A stretch of 64,000 bases of DNA from Gemmatimonadaceae bacterium (lineage in GTDB: Bacteria > Gemmatimonadota > Gemmatimonadetes > Gemmatimonadales > Gemmatimonadaceae), in the NCBI GenBank assembly GCA_045803545.1, contig JBJMOW010000002.1, forward strand, positions 448,001 through 512,000. The letters run 5' to 3'. Every line of letters starts with the position of its first letter. Position 1 is the stretch's first letter. Positions 32,263-41,406 of this stretch are shown one piece after another. The notes below the pieces were generated by a model that had not been told where the DNA came from, did no database searches, and saw only the letters and a list, made by a program, of their open reading frames with translations. Both the position numbers and the translations under genes were made by a program.

Positions 32263-34044
32263 ATGCGCCGGTTAGTCTTTCTTCTGCTCTCGGTCATCGC
32301 CTGCCAAGCCGACCGTCTCGCCCCCCGACCAGCGATTAGTCGAGATCTCGAAACGACCGTCGCCAACGATGACGGACCGCCGTCGTCGTTTCCTTCCGGT
32401 TCGGACACCTATAGAACAGGGCTTTTCACCGGAACTGGCCGTCACGCCCTGGATTGCTCACCGACAAGCGATGGTGGGCGGGTATGCAACGGCTACCTCA
32501 GAAGTGATGTCGACAAGACGTTGCTCGACACTCGTCTCGAGCTTCCCGCCGGCGCAGGGCCATTCCCGCTGGTTGCACTCATTCACGGGTACGGCGGTAG
32601 CAAAACCAGCTCGGGAGACATCGCAGCGCGATTGCGCGCTGATGGATACGCGATTCTTCGCTACTCGACTCGCGGATTCGGAGATTCATGGGGTCAGGTC
32701 AATCTCGCGGATTTGCACGCCGAGATCGGCGATCTAAGAAGCATGATCGGACAGGTGGTGGACGAGAAGGATTTCGCCTTGAATCCGGATGCCGTTGCGG
32801 TGACGGGCGCGTCTTACGGCGGAGGACATTCCTGGCTCGCGCTCGTTGCGCCCACCTTCGTAACGCAAAAGAAAAACACGGTCCGCATCCGAGCCGTGAT
32901 TCCCATAGCTCCTTGGAGCGACCTCTTGTACTCGCTCCTGCCCAATGGTAGACCACACAACTCGCTCGATGGCCTCGGCGCGCTCAAACTGAGTTATGTA
33001 AATGGGCTCTACGGCTCCGGGATAAGGCAGAATCCCGCGCGACCATATCCGAACTATCCGGACTATTTCATCGCCTGGCACGCGTACGTCAACGCGACCG
33101 AACCCAGCAGCATTGATCCGGTCTGGCAATCGATTACCGACGGCTTCACCATCGGTCGCTCGATCTGGTGGCAGCAAGCCTTCTGGCAAAGTGTGAGCGG
33201 CGGATCTCGGGTTCCGGTTTTTCAGGTGCAAGGCTTTACGGACGATCTCTTTCCGCTGCCGGAAGCGAAACGAATGCTGCTCGCCCTGCAAACTGTCGCG
33301 CCTGATTATCCGATCACGTCCTATTTCGGCGACCTCGGCCATCCCCGAGCTCGCAATCAGGCCGCGGAAGTCGACTATGTGCTGGGCCTGATCGAGCCGT
33401 GGCTTGCGTATTACCTCAAAGGCGAAGGGCCGGCGCCTACACCGTCGATCTACGCTTCGCGAACGGACGAGGCGTTCAATCCGGATCACGTGATTCGAGT
33501 GAATGACTGGTCCGGCCTCTCGACGGCCGAAATAACCGAGGACTGGAACGGCACACCGACGCCGCTGGTCAATCCCGCCACCTGCATTGCGAGTGGAGTG
33601 TTCTGGGATCCGTTCGTCGGAATCGCTGACGGCGAGCTGCAGCCCTATCTAACCCCGCCACCACCGTCCGACACCGGCGCCTGCAGTCTGTCGACGTTTT
33701 CCTTTACTCCGACCTCGGACCTGACTATCTCCGGCCAACCGACCGTAACGCTCGACGCTGTCGTTGCTGGTCATCGAGTGCAGCTGAATGTCCGGCTGAT
33801 CGATGTGAACGGAACGAGCGAGCGCCTGATCACGCGTGGAACGATCACGCTCGACGCTGGCCTCGGTGTGAACATTGGAGCCACGCAGATCCTGATTCCG
33901 ACCTATGGAAATCTCTGGCTGGTGCCAGCGGGTCATACGATCAGGCTAGAGATCTCCAATGTCGACAGTCCCTACATGACGCCGAGCCGGGAACCTTCGA
34001 CCACTATCATCAGCGCCGTGCATCTCAGAGTCCCGACGAGATAA
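32263..34044 (+). CDS. CocE/NonD (peptidase S15-like) alpha/beta hydrolase lipoprotein
   Basis: Lipobox VIAC, HGYGG, RGFGDS, nucleophile GASYGG, C-terminal beta domain. Confidence 0.8.
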   Translation: MRRLVFLLLSVIACQADRLAPRPAISRDLETTVANDDGPPSSFPSGSDTYRTGLFTGTGRHALDCSPTSDGGRVCNGYLRSDVDKTLLDTRLELPAGAGPFPLVALIHGYGGSKTSSGDIAARLRADGYAILRYSTRGFGDSWGQVNLADLHAEIGDLRSMIGQVVDEKDFALNPDAVAVTGASYGGGHSWLALVAPTFVTQKKNTVRIRAVIPIAPWSDLLYSLLPNGRPHNSLDGLGALKLSYVNGLYGSGIRQNPARPYPNYPDYFIAWHAYVNATEPSSIDPVWQSITDGFTIGRSIWWQQAFWQSVSGGSRVPVFQVQGFTDDLFPLPEAKRMLLALQTVAPDYPITSYFGDLGHPRARNQAAEVDYVLGLIEPWLAYYLKGEGPAPTPSIYASRTDEAFNPDHVIRVNDWSGLSTAEITEDWNGTPTPLVNPATCIASGVFWDPFVGIADGELQPYLTPPPPSDTGACSLSTFSFTPTSDLTISGQPTVTLDAVVAGHRVQLNVRLIDVNGTSERLITRGTITLDAGLGVNIGATQILIPTYGNLWLVPAGHTIRLEISNVDSPYMTPSREPSTTIISAVHLRVPTR

Positions 34045-34120
34045 TCGGTCCAGGCGAGAGAGAAATTCACTCTCGTTGGGTTGAAGAAGTCGATTTTTCC
34101 CGATAACTTCGGTGGCTCCA

Positions 34121-34210
34121 GGACAGGTGGCCGAGTGGTTGAAGGCACCGGTCTCGAAAACCGGCATACCGGTGAACCCGGTATCGAGAGTTCGAATCTC
34201 TCCCTGTCCG
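34121..34210 (+). tRNA. tRNA-Ser(CGA)
   Basis: Acceptor GGACAGG/CCTGTCC, anticodon arm CCGGT-CTCGAAA-ACCGG, long variable arm, GTTCGAATC; CCA not encoded. Confidence 0.95.
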
Positions 34211-34236
34211 TAGTTTCCTCCCGAAAAAATCTGTCA

Positions 34237-34324
34237 GGACGGGTGGCCGAGTGGTTTAAGGCGCACGCCTGGAAAGTGTGTGTACGTTCATAGCGTACCG
34301 TGGGTTCGAATCCCACCCCGTCCG
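34237..34324 (+). tRNA. tRNA-Ser(GGA); probable prophage integration target
   Basis: Acceptor GGACGGG/CCCGTCC, anticodon arm CACGC-CTGGAAA-GTGTG, long variable arm, GTTCGAATC; integrase ends 86 bp downstream. Confidence 0.95.
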
Positions 34325-34410
34325 TTAACTCGTTGCGACCTAGCAGGTTGCGAAAAGCGCCGTATGCAGCGTCAAGCCAACGGGTTAGAACTGCATACGA
34401 AACGTATACG

Positions 34411-35976
34411 TTAAGCCGCATTTGACCCTCCAGTCTGTGATGGCTTTTTCCCCCCGATCAGGGCCGTAATTGCGCTGTCCGCAGCTGGCGAGCGCTCCTC
34501 GAATACGGGGCTCAGCTCACTCCTGGCGGCCAGATCTTCCGCTATTACCTCATTGGCCCCATCCACCCTTGCGAAGGCTTCCGCCGGCGACTCCGGACCA
34601 GTGTCCACTTCCGGACGTTCGTTCTCGCCGCGCAGCTTGGCCTTGAAGTCGCGCGCTGCACGCCGGCCGATCCGGTTCTCGCGCTCCGCGTATACGCCCT
34701 TCGGAACGGTCGTCGAGCTCCACCCGCCCAACGCCTTCAATCCTTGCTCGCCCAGCTCCTCCTCGAGCGCCAGGTCGACCGGTAACCGGCGGAGACCGTA
34801 CGCGCCCATTCCCTTTACGTAAGCGATGCCTGCCTTCGCGCGGACCGCGTGAAAGGTCTTGATCACCCACTGCCTCGAGACGTGCTCGTCGGGTCGCATC
34901 TTCTTCCCGAGGCGATGATCGACGCCGTGTTTCCGGCCGAAGATCCTGCCCGCCGGGAAAAGCGGATAATCTTTGCCGGCCGTCAGATACTGCTCCTCGA
35001 GCGGGCCCAGGAATCCCGTCAGATACGCATCGACGACGATCCGCATCCCCTTTGTCAGCTCGACGATCTCTCCACTCTTGTGGCCGGCGCCGTGCACGTG
35101 CAGCTCGCCGAACTCGGCCTTGTCCAACTTGAGATCGCTCCGCATCGCGCGCGATGTCTGACCCAGGCGGAGCTCCGCGGTCACGTAGATCAGGATCGCG
35201 ATGCGAGGATCGACGAACGGTGCCGCCTTCACGATCTTCCGCATCTGCTCGAGCGTGAAGCGTGGCTGATACGGCTCCGGATCTCGCTTGGCTCCGGTCA
35301 AGCCGCGACGGAACGCGCGCAGGTCGTCCTTCCATTTGACGGTGCCCGAAGCGGTCCTCTCAGTATCGATCTGCGCCGCGTGCAGCGGAATGAGTTTCTT
35401 CTTTCGCAGCCAGTTGATTGCTGTGATGAGTCTCGACACGGTGGTGTCGGCCGAGCGTGAAGTCTTGTGACCTCGACGCACGAGATCAGACACACGAGCG
35501 CGAATGAGCTTAGTCCACATCGAGTCGTCGATCGAATCGACCGGCGTGTCCGCTCCCCACACACTGACGGCGAAGCGCAGCGATCTCACGAGCTCGTCGC
35601 GGAACGGGAATTTGTTTGGATACTTTCCCGTTTCCTTATCGGTGATCAGCGTCTCGACCTCGCCGATGGTCACGCGCTTCGCCTGCGGTCCGGATACTGG
35701 CAGCGTCCCTGACAGCTGCTGCGACTTCCGCATCGCCTGCTCGACAGCCCACTGCGCGACGTCCGGATTCACGGAGCCGTCCGCATTCCGGAGTGGCTTA
35801 CCGAGCTTGTTGTTCTTCAAGCTCTCGCCGCCCCAATTCTCGACGCCGGTCCGCCACCACCGCAAATAAATTCCTCCTTGCCGGTGGGGATTTTCCTCGA
35901 CGACAACTTTGTTCGGGAACACCCCGACCTCGGCCGACCACTTCTTCGGCGCCGCAGATTTTCTCGCGCGCGTCAT
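34411..35976 (-). CDS. tyrosine recombinase (prophage integrase)
   Basis: Catalytic-like series ELRLGQ, GHKSG, YGLRR, GGW, KGVY; adjacent to tRNA 3' end; ATG 35976 overlaps the upstream stop. Confidence 0.85.
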   Translation of the reverse strand: MTRARKSAAPKKWSAEVGVFPNKVVVEENPHRQGGIYLRWWRTGVENWGGESLKNNKLGKPLRNADGSVNPDVAQWAVEQAMRKSQQLSGTLPVSGPQAKRVTIGEVETLITDKETGKYPNKFPFRDELVRSLRFAVSVWGADTPVDSIDDSMWTKLIRARVSDLVRRGHKTSRSADTTVSRLITAINWLRKKKLIPLHAAQIDTERTASGTVKWKDDLRAFRRGLTGAKRDPEPYQPRFTLEQMRKIVKAAPFVDPRIAILIYVTAELRLGQTSRAMRSDLKLDKAEFGELHVHGAGHKSGEIVELTKGMRIVVDAYLTGFLGPLEEQYLTAGKDYPLFPAGRIFGRKHGVDHRLGKKMRPDEHVSRQWVIKTFHAVRAKAGIAYVKGMGAYGLRRLPVDLALEEELGEQGLKALGGWSSTTVPKGVYAERENRIGRRAARDFKAKLRGENERPEVDTGPESPAEAFARVDGANEVIAEDLAARSELSPVFEERSPAADSAITALIGGKKPSQTGGSNAA

Positions 35977-36446
35977 GCGGATCTCCGCTGGCGATCGCGC
36001 TTGCACGCCAGGCACACACGACTGCGCCGGCCCTTCCGAACGCGGATGCTTGTGTTCGCCGGCGTGTACTCGTGACCGCTCGAGCAACTGGAGCGGCCGC
36101 GCCAGAAGTTGTTGTCGCGCCCTTTGGCGTTGCGATCGCGCATGTTCGCCAGCTGGGTACCGAGGAAGAAATGCTCGGGGTTGAAGCAGGGCGGATTATC
36201 GCAGCTGTGTAAAACGGACTTGCCGTCGGGAATCGGCCCAATGAATTCCTGGTACGCCATTCTGTGCACGGACTGCGTCTTGTTGCCGACGGTGATCTGC
36301 CCGTAGCCGAAGTCGTCGCAGCCGCGCGTCCACTCCCAGCATCCCGATGGTGTGATCCGCCGATGCTTTAGGAGTCTCGCGCGCACCGATGGTGGCGAGC
36401 AGGGAAGGCACCTGCAGCCGGGCTTGTGACCAGGTGGACGCTTCAT
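35973..36446 (-). CDS. HNH homing-type endonuclease
   Basis: CWEW, GYG, HRMAY, LHSCDNPPCFNPEH, C-terminal C..GH...CxxC. Confidence 0.9.
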   Translation of the reverse strand: MKRPPGHKPGCRCLPCSPPSVRARLLKHRRITPSGCWEWTRGCDDFGYGQITVGNKTQSVHRMAYQEFIGPIPDGKSVLHSCDNPPCFNPEHFFLGTQLANMRDRNAKGRDNNFWRGRSSCSSGHEYTPANTSIRVRKGRRSRVCLACKRDRQRRSA

Positions 36447-36655
36447 CCGCGGCTCCCGTTCGCCAACATCGCGCGGCCAATGCCTGCGCGAATGTCCTCG
36501 ACCGGCACGACGTAGCTCTCGTGCGGACCGACGTGAATTGCGCAGAGCGCCATCCAACCGCCACCCATTGCGGGATAACCGCCCACAGTCGGTAGGCCGC
36601 ACTGTTTCACGATACCGACTTCGCAAGTCGGAGAGATCTCGCAGGTGTCGTTCAC
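36443..36655 (-). CDS. small Cys/His-containing phage protein
   Basis: GTG start; both ends overlap neighbours by 4 bp; 70 aa. Confidence 0.55.
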   Translation of the reverse strand: MNDTCEISPTCEVGIVKQCGLPTVGGYPAMGGGWMALCAIHVGPHESYVVPVEDIRAGIGRAMLANGSRG

Positions 36656-36978
36656 GCGGTTCTCCTCTTGCGCTTCCGGACCGCGGTCCGCGGGATCTCC
36701 CAATCGCCGGCGCCGTTTTTCGTCGCCTCGAGCTCGCCGGCCTCGATCCATTTCCGGACTGTGCCGTCTTGGACGTGATGGATGCGCGCGTACTCTCTCG
36801 TGGAGAAAGTTTTTGTCAACTGCTCGATGGACGCGATCGTCTCCTCGAGCTCGCGTACGCAAGTCAACGTGATGTACGCGCGCGGATCATCGGGCCAATC
36901 CTCGCGCAGCTCGTTGACTTTCTTTCTCCACGAGGCAGCGAGCTTCTTGAGATCGGGATGCACCAAAGCGATCGACAT
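36652..36978 (-). CDS. excisionase-like winged-HTH protein
   Basis: FSTREYARIHHVQDGTVRKWIEAGELEATKNGAGDWEIP resembles MerR-like/Xis HTH; near the integrase. Confidence 0.75.
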   Translation of the reverse strand: MSIALVHPDLKKLAASWRKKVNELREDWPDDPRAYITLTCVRELEETIASIEQLTKTFSTREYARIHHVQDGTVRKWIEAGELEATKNGAGDWEIPRTAVRKRKRRTA

Positions 36979-36983
36979 CGTGC

Positions 36984-37211
36984 TTATCGCTGGTCTGGAA
37001 GTTTGAGATCTGTCCATTGCCACGCATCGCAGGTCCGGTCCGGATCTAGGCGGATCGCGGCAGCGATCATTCCATCGCGCTCGCGCTCGAGACGCTCCGC
37101 ATCTTCGACATGTCTGATGCCGCGCAGCGATCTCGCGAAGCGAGCTCCGGCGTTCTTGTGCTCGGCGTCGTGGAGCAGCCGGTCGACGCGACTCTCGAGT
37201 GTATCAGTCAT
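36984..37211 (-). CDS. hypothetical phage protein
   Basis: Fills the operon, ATG 37211, 75 aa. Confidence 0.55.
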   Translation of the reverse strand: MTDTLESRVDRLLHDAEHKNAGARFARSLRGIRHVEDAERLERERDGMIAAAIRLDPDRTCDAWQWTDLKLPDQR

Positions 37212-37377
37212 GCTTCCACTGATTCGCGGATTGGATAATCGAGCCAGGGAACGGTTTCGTCGCACCGCACGCGCACCGGCAGTGTCCGCGGCTTGAGCAC
37301 ACGTCATCCTCGCGGTCCACGCACTCGTGCAGATGAACGGCGGGCTCCGGAAAGCGATTAACTGTCGACGCGCTCAT
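37204..37377 (-). CDS. 57 aa Cys/His-rich peptide (not in ORF track)
   Basis: Hand-translated MSASTVNRFPEPAVHLHECVDREDDVCSSRGHCRCACGATKPF...WKHD; ATG overlaps the upstream stop. Confidence 0.55.
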   Translation of the reverse strand: MSASTVNRFPEPAVHLHECVDREDDVCSSRGHCRCACGATKPFPGSIIQSANQWKHD

Positions 37378-37643
37378 GCTGGATCGTCGTCGACGTGGAG
37401 AGCTGCACGTCCCTTGGCCGTCAGCTCATAGCGTTCCTCGGCCGGCACCAGGGCGCGCTCGCAGGACATCGTCCGATCGCAGTGCGACGGCCAGCCATTG
37501 CGCAAGCAGGAGGCGGCTTGCTGCGCGGTGATGCGTTCCTGGTGTCGGCACACGACGCACTTGAGAATCGCGCCGTGTGGCCAAAGCGTGCTGCCGATCT
37601 CCTCGTGAACCTTGCCCAGCTGCTCGAGCTTCTCGGCATTCAT
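37374..37643 (-). CDS. small zinc-finger phage protein
   Basis: CVVC...GWPSHC; overlaps neighbours. Confidence 0.65.
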   Translation of the reverse strand: MNAEKLEQLGKVHEEIGSTLWPHGAILKCVVCRHQERITAQQAASCLRNGWPSHCDRTMSCERALVPAEERYELTAKGRAALHVDDDPA

Positions 37644-38104
37644 TTCTGAAACCTCCGTTCGAAGAAGCGGCGGTCCTGGTAGCGGCGAATACAGCCGGCA
37701 TTAACACACGTGCGGCATGCACGGCCGTTCGGCCGGTTGATCGTATTCTCGGGCGTGAACTCGTGGCCGCGCTTGCAGTGGGTCTTGAACGCGTTCGGAG
37801 AAACAGCGCGACCCTTCGCCACCATATCGTCCATGTTGTCCTGCAGCGTCCCCAGGAACAGGTGATCGGGATTCACGCAGTCACGCACATCGCAGCGATG
37901 CAGAACGAACAGTCCCGGCGGCACCGGACCGCGCGCGAGCTCCCAGGAGAACCGGTGCGCGAGGACCTTCCGATTGTTGATGCGTATTCGCGCATAGCCG
38001 CCGGAGGGGCGCGTGCGCGCTTTCTGCCGCCAAATCCAGCAGCCGTCTGGTCGACGCAGCACTGCGCGCTCGAAACGGACCTGCGCACTGAGGTTGAGAG
38101 TCAC
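37640..38104 (-). CDS. HNH homing-type endonuclease (second copy)
   Basis: CWIW, GYA, AHRFSW, LHRCDVRDCVNPDHL, HCKRGH...CRTC. Confidence 0.9.
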   Translation of the reverse strand: MTLNLSAQVRFERAVLRRPDGCWIWRQKARTRPSGGYARIRINNRKVLAHRFSWELARGPVPPGLFVLHRCDVRDCVNPDHLFLGTLQDNMDDMVAKGRAVSPNAFKTHCKRGHEFTPENTINRPNGRACRTCVNAGCIRRYQDRRFFERRFQK

Positions 38105-38412
38105 CGCAGCCTCCTGTGCCGATCAGCGTGCTCGCAGTCGGCGAAATGCGTAATGCCTTCTCCGAACGTCGTCGACGTCGGGTGAACAGCGTGGACGTGC
38201 CTCATCGACACGACATGCGGCCGCTTCGTCGACGGGTGTATTCCCCAGTAAACGAACGCTCCGCAGCTGCACTGGAATTGCCGCGTGCCCGGCGGGATCG
38301 GAATCATGACAGTCCAGCGCGCGATCGCGACGTTCGTTCGCAAGCGCGCCGGCGGCAGCTCGTCATCCGGGATGAGCGGCAACGTCTCGGGATCCGCGTG
38401 GAGCAGCTTCAC
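38101..38412 (-). CDS. zinc-binding phage protein
   Basis: CSCGAFVYW...HFADC. Confidence 0.65.
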   Translation of the reverse strand: MKLLHADPETLPLIPDDELPPARLRTNVAIARWTVMIPIPPGTRQFQCSCGAFVYWGIHPSTKRPHVVSMRHVHAVHPTSTTFGEGITHFADCEHADRHRRLR

Positions 38413-38927
38413 GCCGGCGGCACCGGTTTGCCGTTGCCAGGTACGAACACCGTAACGGCGGGCGCTGGCTCCTTATTACTCAGGACGCCGGCGACAGCCC
38501 GAGCGATCTGCTTCTGCAGTGCGGTGTTGAAGTCCTCCTGCGCAATTGACTGCTCGACCGATGCAACAGCCTCCGTAGTGAGCTGCTCATCGCCCTCTCC
38601 GTCACGCCAGCGGCGTTTAATAACTCTCGTGGTCGCGTTGCCATGAAGGTCGCCAGTCAGACTGAGCACGGCGGCCGCGAAACGGATCTCCTCCAACTCG
38701 TGGAGTGCTAGGCGGTCCATGACAACGCCGGCCCGCGAACTAATGTCATCACCTTGAGACTTTAGCTGCGCTACATCGCCGAGCGGCAGCTGCGTGCTCT
38801 CGATTGCGAGCGCGTTCAAATCGCTCCACGCGACTTGCGCGGCCGCGCTCTTGATCCCCAGCTGCGGCGCATGCTCGCTCAGGAATAGTGCGATGTCAGC
38901 TTTGCGCTTAGCGCAGATGTCGCACAT
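38409..38927 (-). CDS. hypothetical phage protein
   Basis: 172 aa ORF coupled to neighbours; N-terminal CDIC. Confidence 0.65.
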   Translation of the reverse strand: MCDICAKRKADIALFLSEHAPQLGIKSAAAQVAWSDLNALAIESTQLPLGDVAQLKSQGDDISSRAGVVMDRLALHELEEIRFAAAVLSLTGDLHGNATTRVIKRRWRDGEGDEQLTTEAVASVEQSIAQEDFNTALQKQIARAVAGVLSNKEPAPAVTVFVPGNGKPVPPA

Positions 38928-39973
38928 CAGCGGGCCCCCGCGCCGGCCAGCGGCAGTTCATCGCCCTCAGCCTCGAGCTTTGTGCGGATCTCGAGCTCCA
39001 ACGCCGCGATCCACTTGTCAGCGAGTCCATACTTGACGCCAACTTTCAGGCGACGCTCAACGCGATCGCGAACGTCCTGCCCGACGTGCTCGTCGGCGAT
39101 CAGCTCGAGCAGCCGTGCGATTTGCGCTTCGGTTGCCGGCGTGTCGTCGGCCGGTCTCGCAGCTGCAGCGGCCGTGACAGGCGCAGGCGCATCGGCAGCT
39201 GCGCGAGCCGTGACGGTCTCCGGCGCCGGTGCAACGATCTCGTACTCGGCCTCGGGAATGTCCTCGGCGTCGAACTGTTGAATGACGCCGGCGAGCTTCC
39301 GATTCTTTGGAAGCGCTTTCGTGATCTGGTGGATGAGGGTCTTGCGCGCGTACCAGCCGGGCATCTCGCCTTGCTTCCACGATTTCGATTTCTCCTGGCG
39401 GATCTTGTCAATTTCCTCGACCGACATCACGACGACCTTCATCGGCTGTCGCTGGCTGATGAGCGCCCAGGCGTAGGCGCCAAGCATCTTGCCGCGCGCG
39501 GCCGGGTCGACGATCGGATGATGCTCGATGAAAGGCGACGTGCCTTGGTGATAGATGAAGTGCTCCTTCTCGTAGAAGCACTGCGCGTCGACGTCGCGCG
39601 CTGCGCCGGAGCCCTTCACCAGCTCGATGTCACCCTTCCAATCGCGAAGTGCCTTGGCGCGCTTCTCCCACCGATCGGGCTCGCCCTTCTTCGATACCTT
39701 CACGTTGAAGGGAACCAGGTGAATCGTCTCGCCGAACTCGAGATCCTGTTTCACACCCTTGCCAACGGCCATGATGATGGACGCCGGCGTGCACTCGAGG
39801 ATCTCCGGATTCTCGGCCACGACCTGGTGGATCGTTGAGACGACCCGCTCGAGCGAGACGCCATGCGGCAACAGCGGGATGATCTGCCGCTTCGCGTCGT
39901 CGCTCAAAAGAATCGATGATAGCTGCTGTCGCGCGAGTGCCATCGAATTAGTTGCCTGTCCTGGTGCGCTCAT
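38927..39973 (-). CDS. recT: RecT-family single-strand annealing protein
   Basis: NPEILECTPASI, HLVPF, WKGDIELV, GAYAWA, MSVEEI..IR, ARKT...KALP; ATG 39973. Confidence 0.85.
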   Translation of the reverse strand: MSAPGQATNSMALARQQLSSILLSDDAKRQIIPLLPHGVSLERVVSTIHQVVAENPEILECTPASIIMAVGKGVKQDLEFGETIHLVPFNVKVSKKGEPDRWEKRAKALRDWKGDIELVKGSGAARDVDAQCFYEKEHFIYHQGTSPFIEHHPIVDPAARGKMLGAYAWALISQRQPMKVVVMSVEEIDKIRQEKSKSWKQGEMPGWYARKTLIHQITKALPKNRKLAGVIQQFDAEDIPEAEYEIVAPAPETVTARAAADAPAPVTAAAAARPADDTPATEAQIARLLELIADEHVGQDVRDRVERRLKVGVKYGLADKWIAALELEIRTKLEAEGDELPLAGAGAR

Positions 39974-40293
39974 TCCTCGCCACCTCCGATCGCCATCTCG
40001 GCGTATTGTTCCGGCGTCAACGCTCTCACTTCCGTCTCGGCCGACTTGGTCCACAGCCTGTGCTTCGCCTCGTCGATCATGTCCTCGGTCTCCGAGATCA
40101 TCGCCTGGAGGATCACGGTGTGATGCCTGACCGCTTTCTCGAAGCGATCGCGCTCCTCATCGGAGAGCGACTGCGTTTCGTTCCTTCGCTGTGCCTCCTC
40201 GAGATCTTGGAGGCCGATCCGCAACCGCCTGATCTTCTGCGTCAACTGCATCGCCACTTGGTAAAAGGCCTCGAGCAACTCCTTCATTTGCAT
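39970..40293 (-). CDS. hypothetical coiled-coil phage protein
   Basis: 107 aa helical ORF coupled to recT. Confidence 0.65.
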   Translation of the reverse strand: MQMKELLEAFYQVAMQLTQKIRRLRIGLQDLEEAQRRNETQSLSDEERDRFEKAVRHHTVILQAMISETEDMIDEAKHRLWTKSAETEVRALTPEQYAEMAIGGGEE

Positions 40294-40359
40294 TCATCCC
40301 CGAGCGGCCCTTACCTTTAGCGACGACAGGGCGGCCGCGAGTCCCCGTGTCTCTCCAGT

Positions 40360-40407
40360 AGCTGCCGAGTGCTGCGCCCCCAAGGCCTTCGCACTCGGCA
40401 GCTTTTT
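40360..40407 (+). terminator. hairpin / + strand terminator inside the early operon
   Basis: AGCTGCCGAGTGC / GCACTCGGCAGCT inverted repeat followed by TTTT. Confidence 0.6.
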
Positions 40408-40921
40408 CTATCCTGCCCTCCGCTCCGCTCCCCGAACAACGGCACCTGTCGTTTTGCGATGGACAGCTCCGTGATGCCGCGTGCAGAGCCATCTCACTTG
40501 CAACGGCTTGCCGTAATCCTCGTGATGCGCGTGCGCCCGCGACGCGCCGCACACTTCCGTCAAAACTGCTCTGCGCAACGGAACTATGCAGAAGCAGCCG
40601 TGCGAGATTACGCGCTCGCAGCTTTTCGGGATCGCGGACGTACTTCGGTGACCGCGCGTAGCGCTCACGCCTGCGCGCGAGCGCTGCCAATGTCGGCGGC
40701 TGATACTGGGAAGGGTGGTGGCCGAGCTCGTGCCAGCATTCGCGGCACATGCTTCGGCGTTTGCCCTTGCCCTTCGACGGAAACTCCGCGAGTGGCAATT
40801 CCCAGTGACACTGGCTACACACCTTCGTCGCCAGGGTAAAGCGGGGCGCGGGAGTCGAACCCGCAGCCTCCAGGTTGGCTACCTGGCGTTCAACCATTTG
40901 AACTTCCCCCGCAGGTTGCAT
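40408..40921 (-). pseudogene. frameshifted zinc-finger/HNH-like phage gene
   Basis: KVCSQC...MCREC...RARNLAR in one frame; EVCGA..HAHHEDYGKPLQVRWLCTRHH in another frame. Confidence 0.6.
40840..40912 (-). tRNA. degenerate tRNA-Gly(GCC)-like element
   Basis: GCGGGGG-AA-GTTC AAATGGTT GAAC-G-CCAGG TAGCCAA CCTGG-AGGCT-GCGGG TTCGACT CCCGC-GCCCCGC-T; A8, A33 and G7:G66 are non-canonical. Confidence 0.65.
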
Positions 40922-41402
40922 CTGCCACCTGCTGCACTTCTTTCACTGCAGCCGCTCTGATCTCGAGCAGCACTGCGACGATTTGATCGATCGCGGTGAT
41001 CAGGCGAATGAGCATGGGCGTCGACCGATCACCTTGGGCGATCGCCATCTGGATGACGTTGAGCTCGCCTTCCTCCTTGGTCTCGATCTCAAAGAGCTCC
41101 TTGAGTAGGCGAACTGCGCCCTGTGTGCGAGCCGAGAAAAAGTCACCGATCGCGTTTACAAACTGCTCGCAGATCTCGGCACGGCCATTGTTGAACGCAT
41201 GCACGAGGAGCTGCGATAGCGTGGCGTGAACTCTGTTGAAACCCTTTCTGATGTCATGCTTGCGATCGATCACTTTCTGATCGCCGGCGGAAGGGACTTG
41301 AAGGAGAACGCGCTGAATGTCCTCCTGGAGGCGATCGCGCTCCCCGCCAGTTATCAGCTGGGGGTGTGTCGCCGGCGTCGACTGCAGCAGTTGTGTGCTC
41401 AC
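40890..41402 (-). CDS. CII-like phage regulatory protein (positional call)
   Basis: Directly follows cro; helical, 170 aa; GTG start after AGGTG. Confidence 0.55.
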   Translation of the reverse strand: MSTQLLQSTPATHPQLITGGERDRLQEDIQRVLLQVPSAGDQKVIDRKHDIRKGFNRVHATLSQLLVHAFNNGRAEICEQFVNAIGDFFSARTQGAVRLLKELFEIETKEEGELNVIQMAIAQGDRSTPMLIRLITAIDQIVAVLLEIRAAAVKEVQQVADATCGGSSNG

Positions 41403-41406
41403 GATG

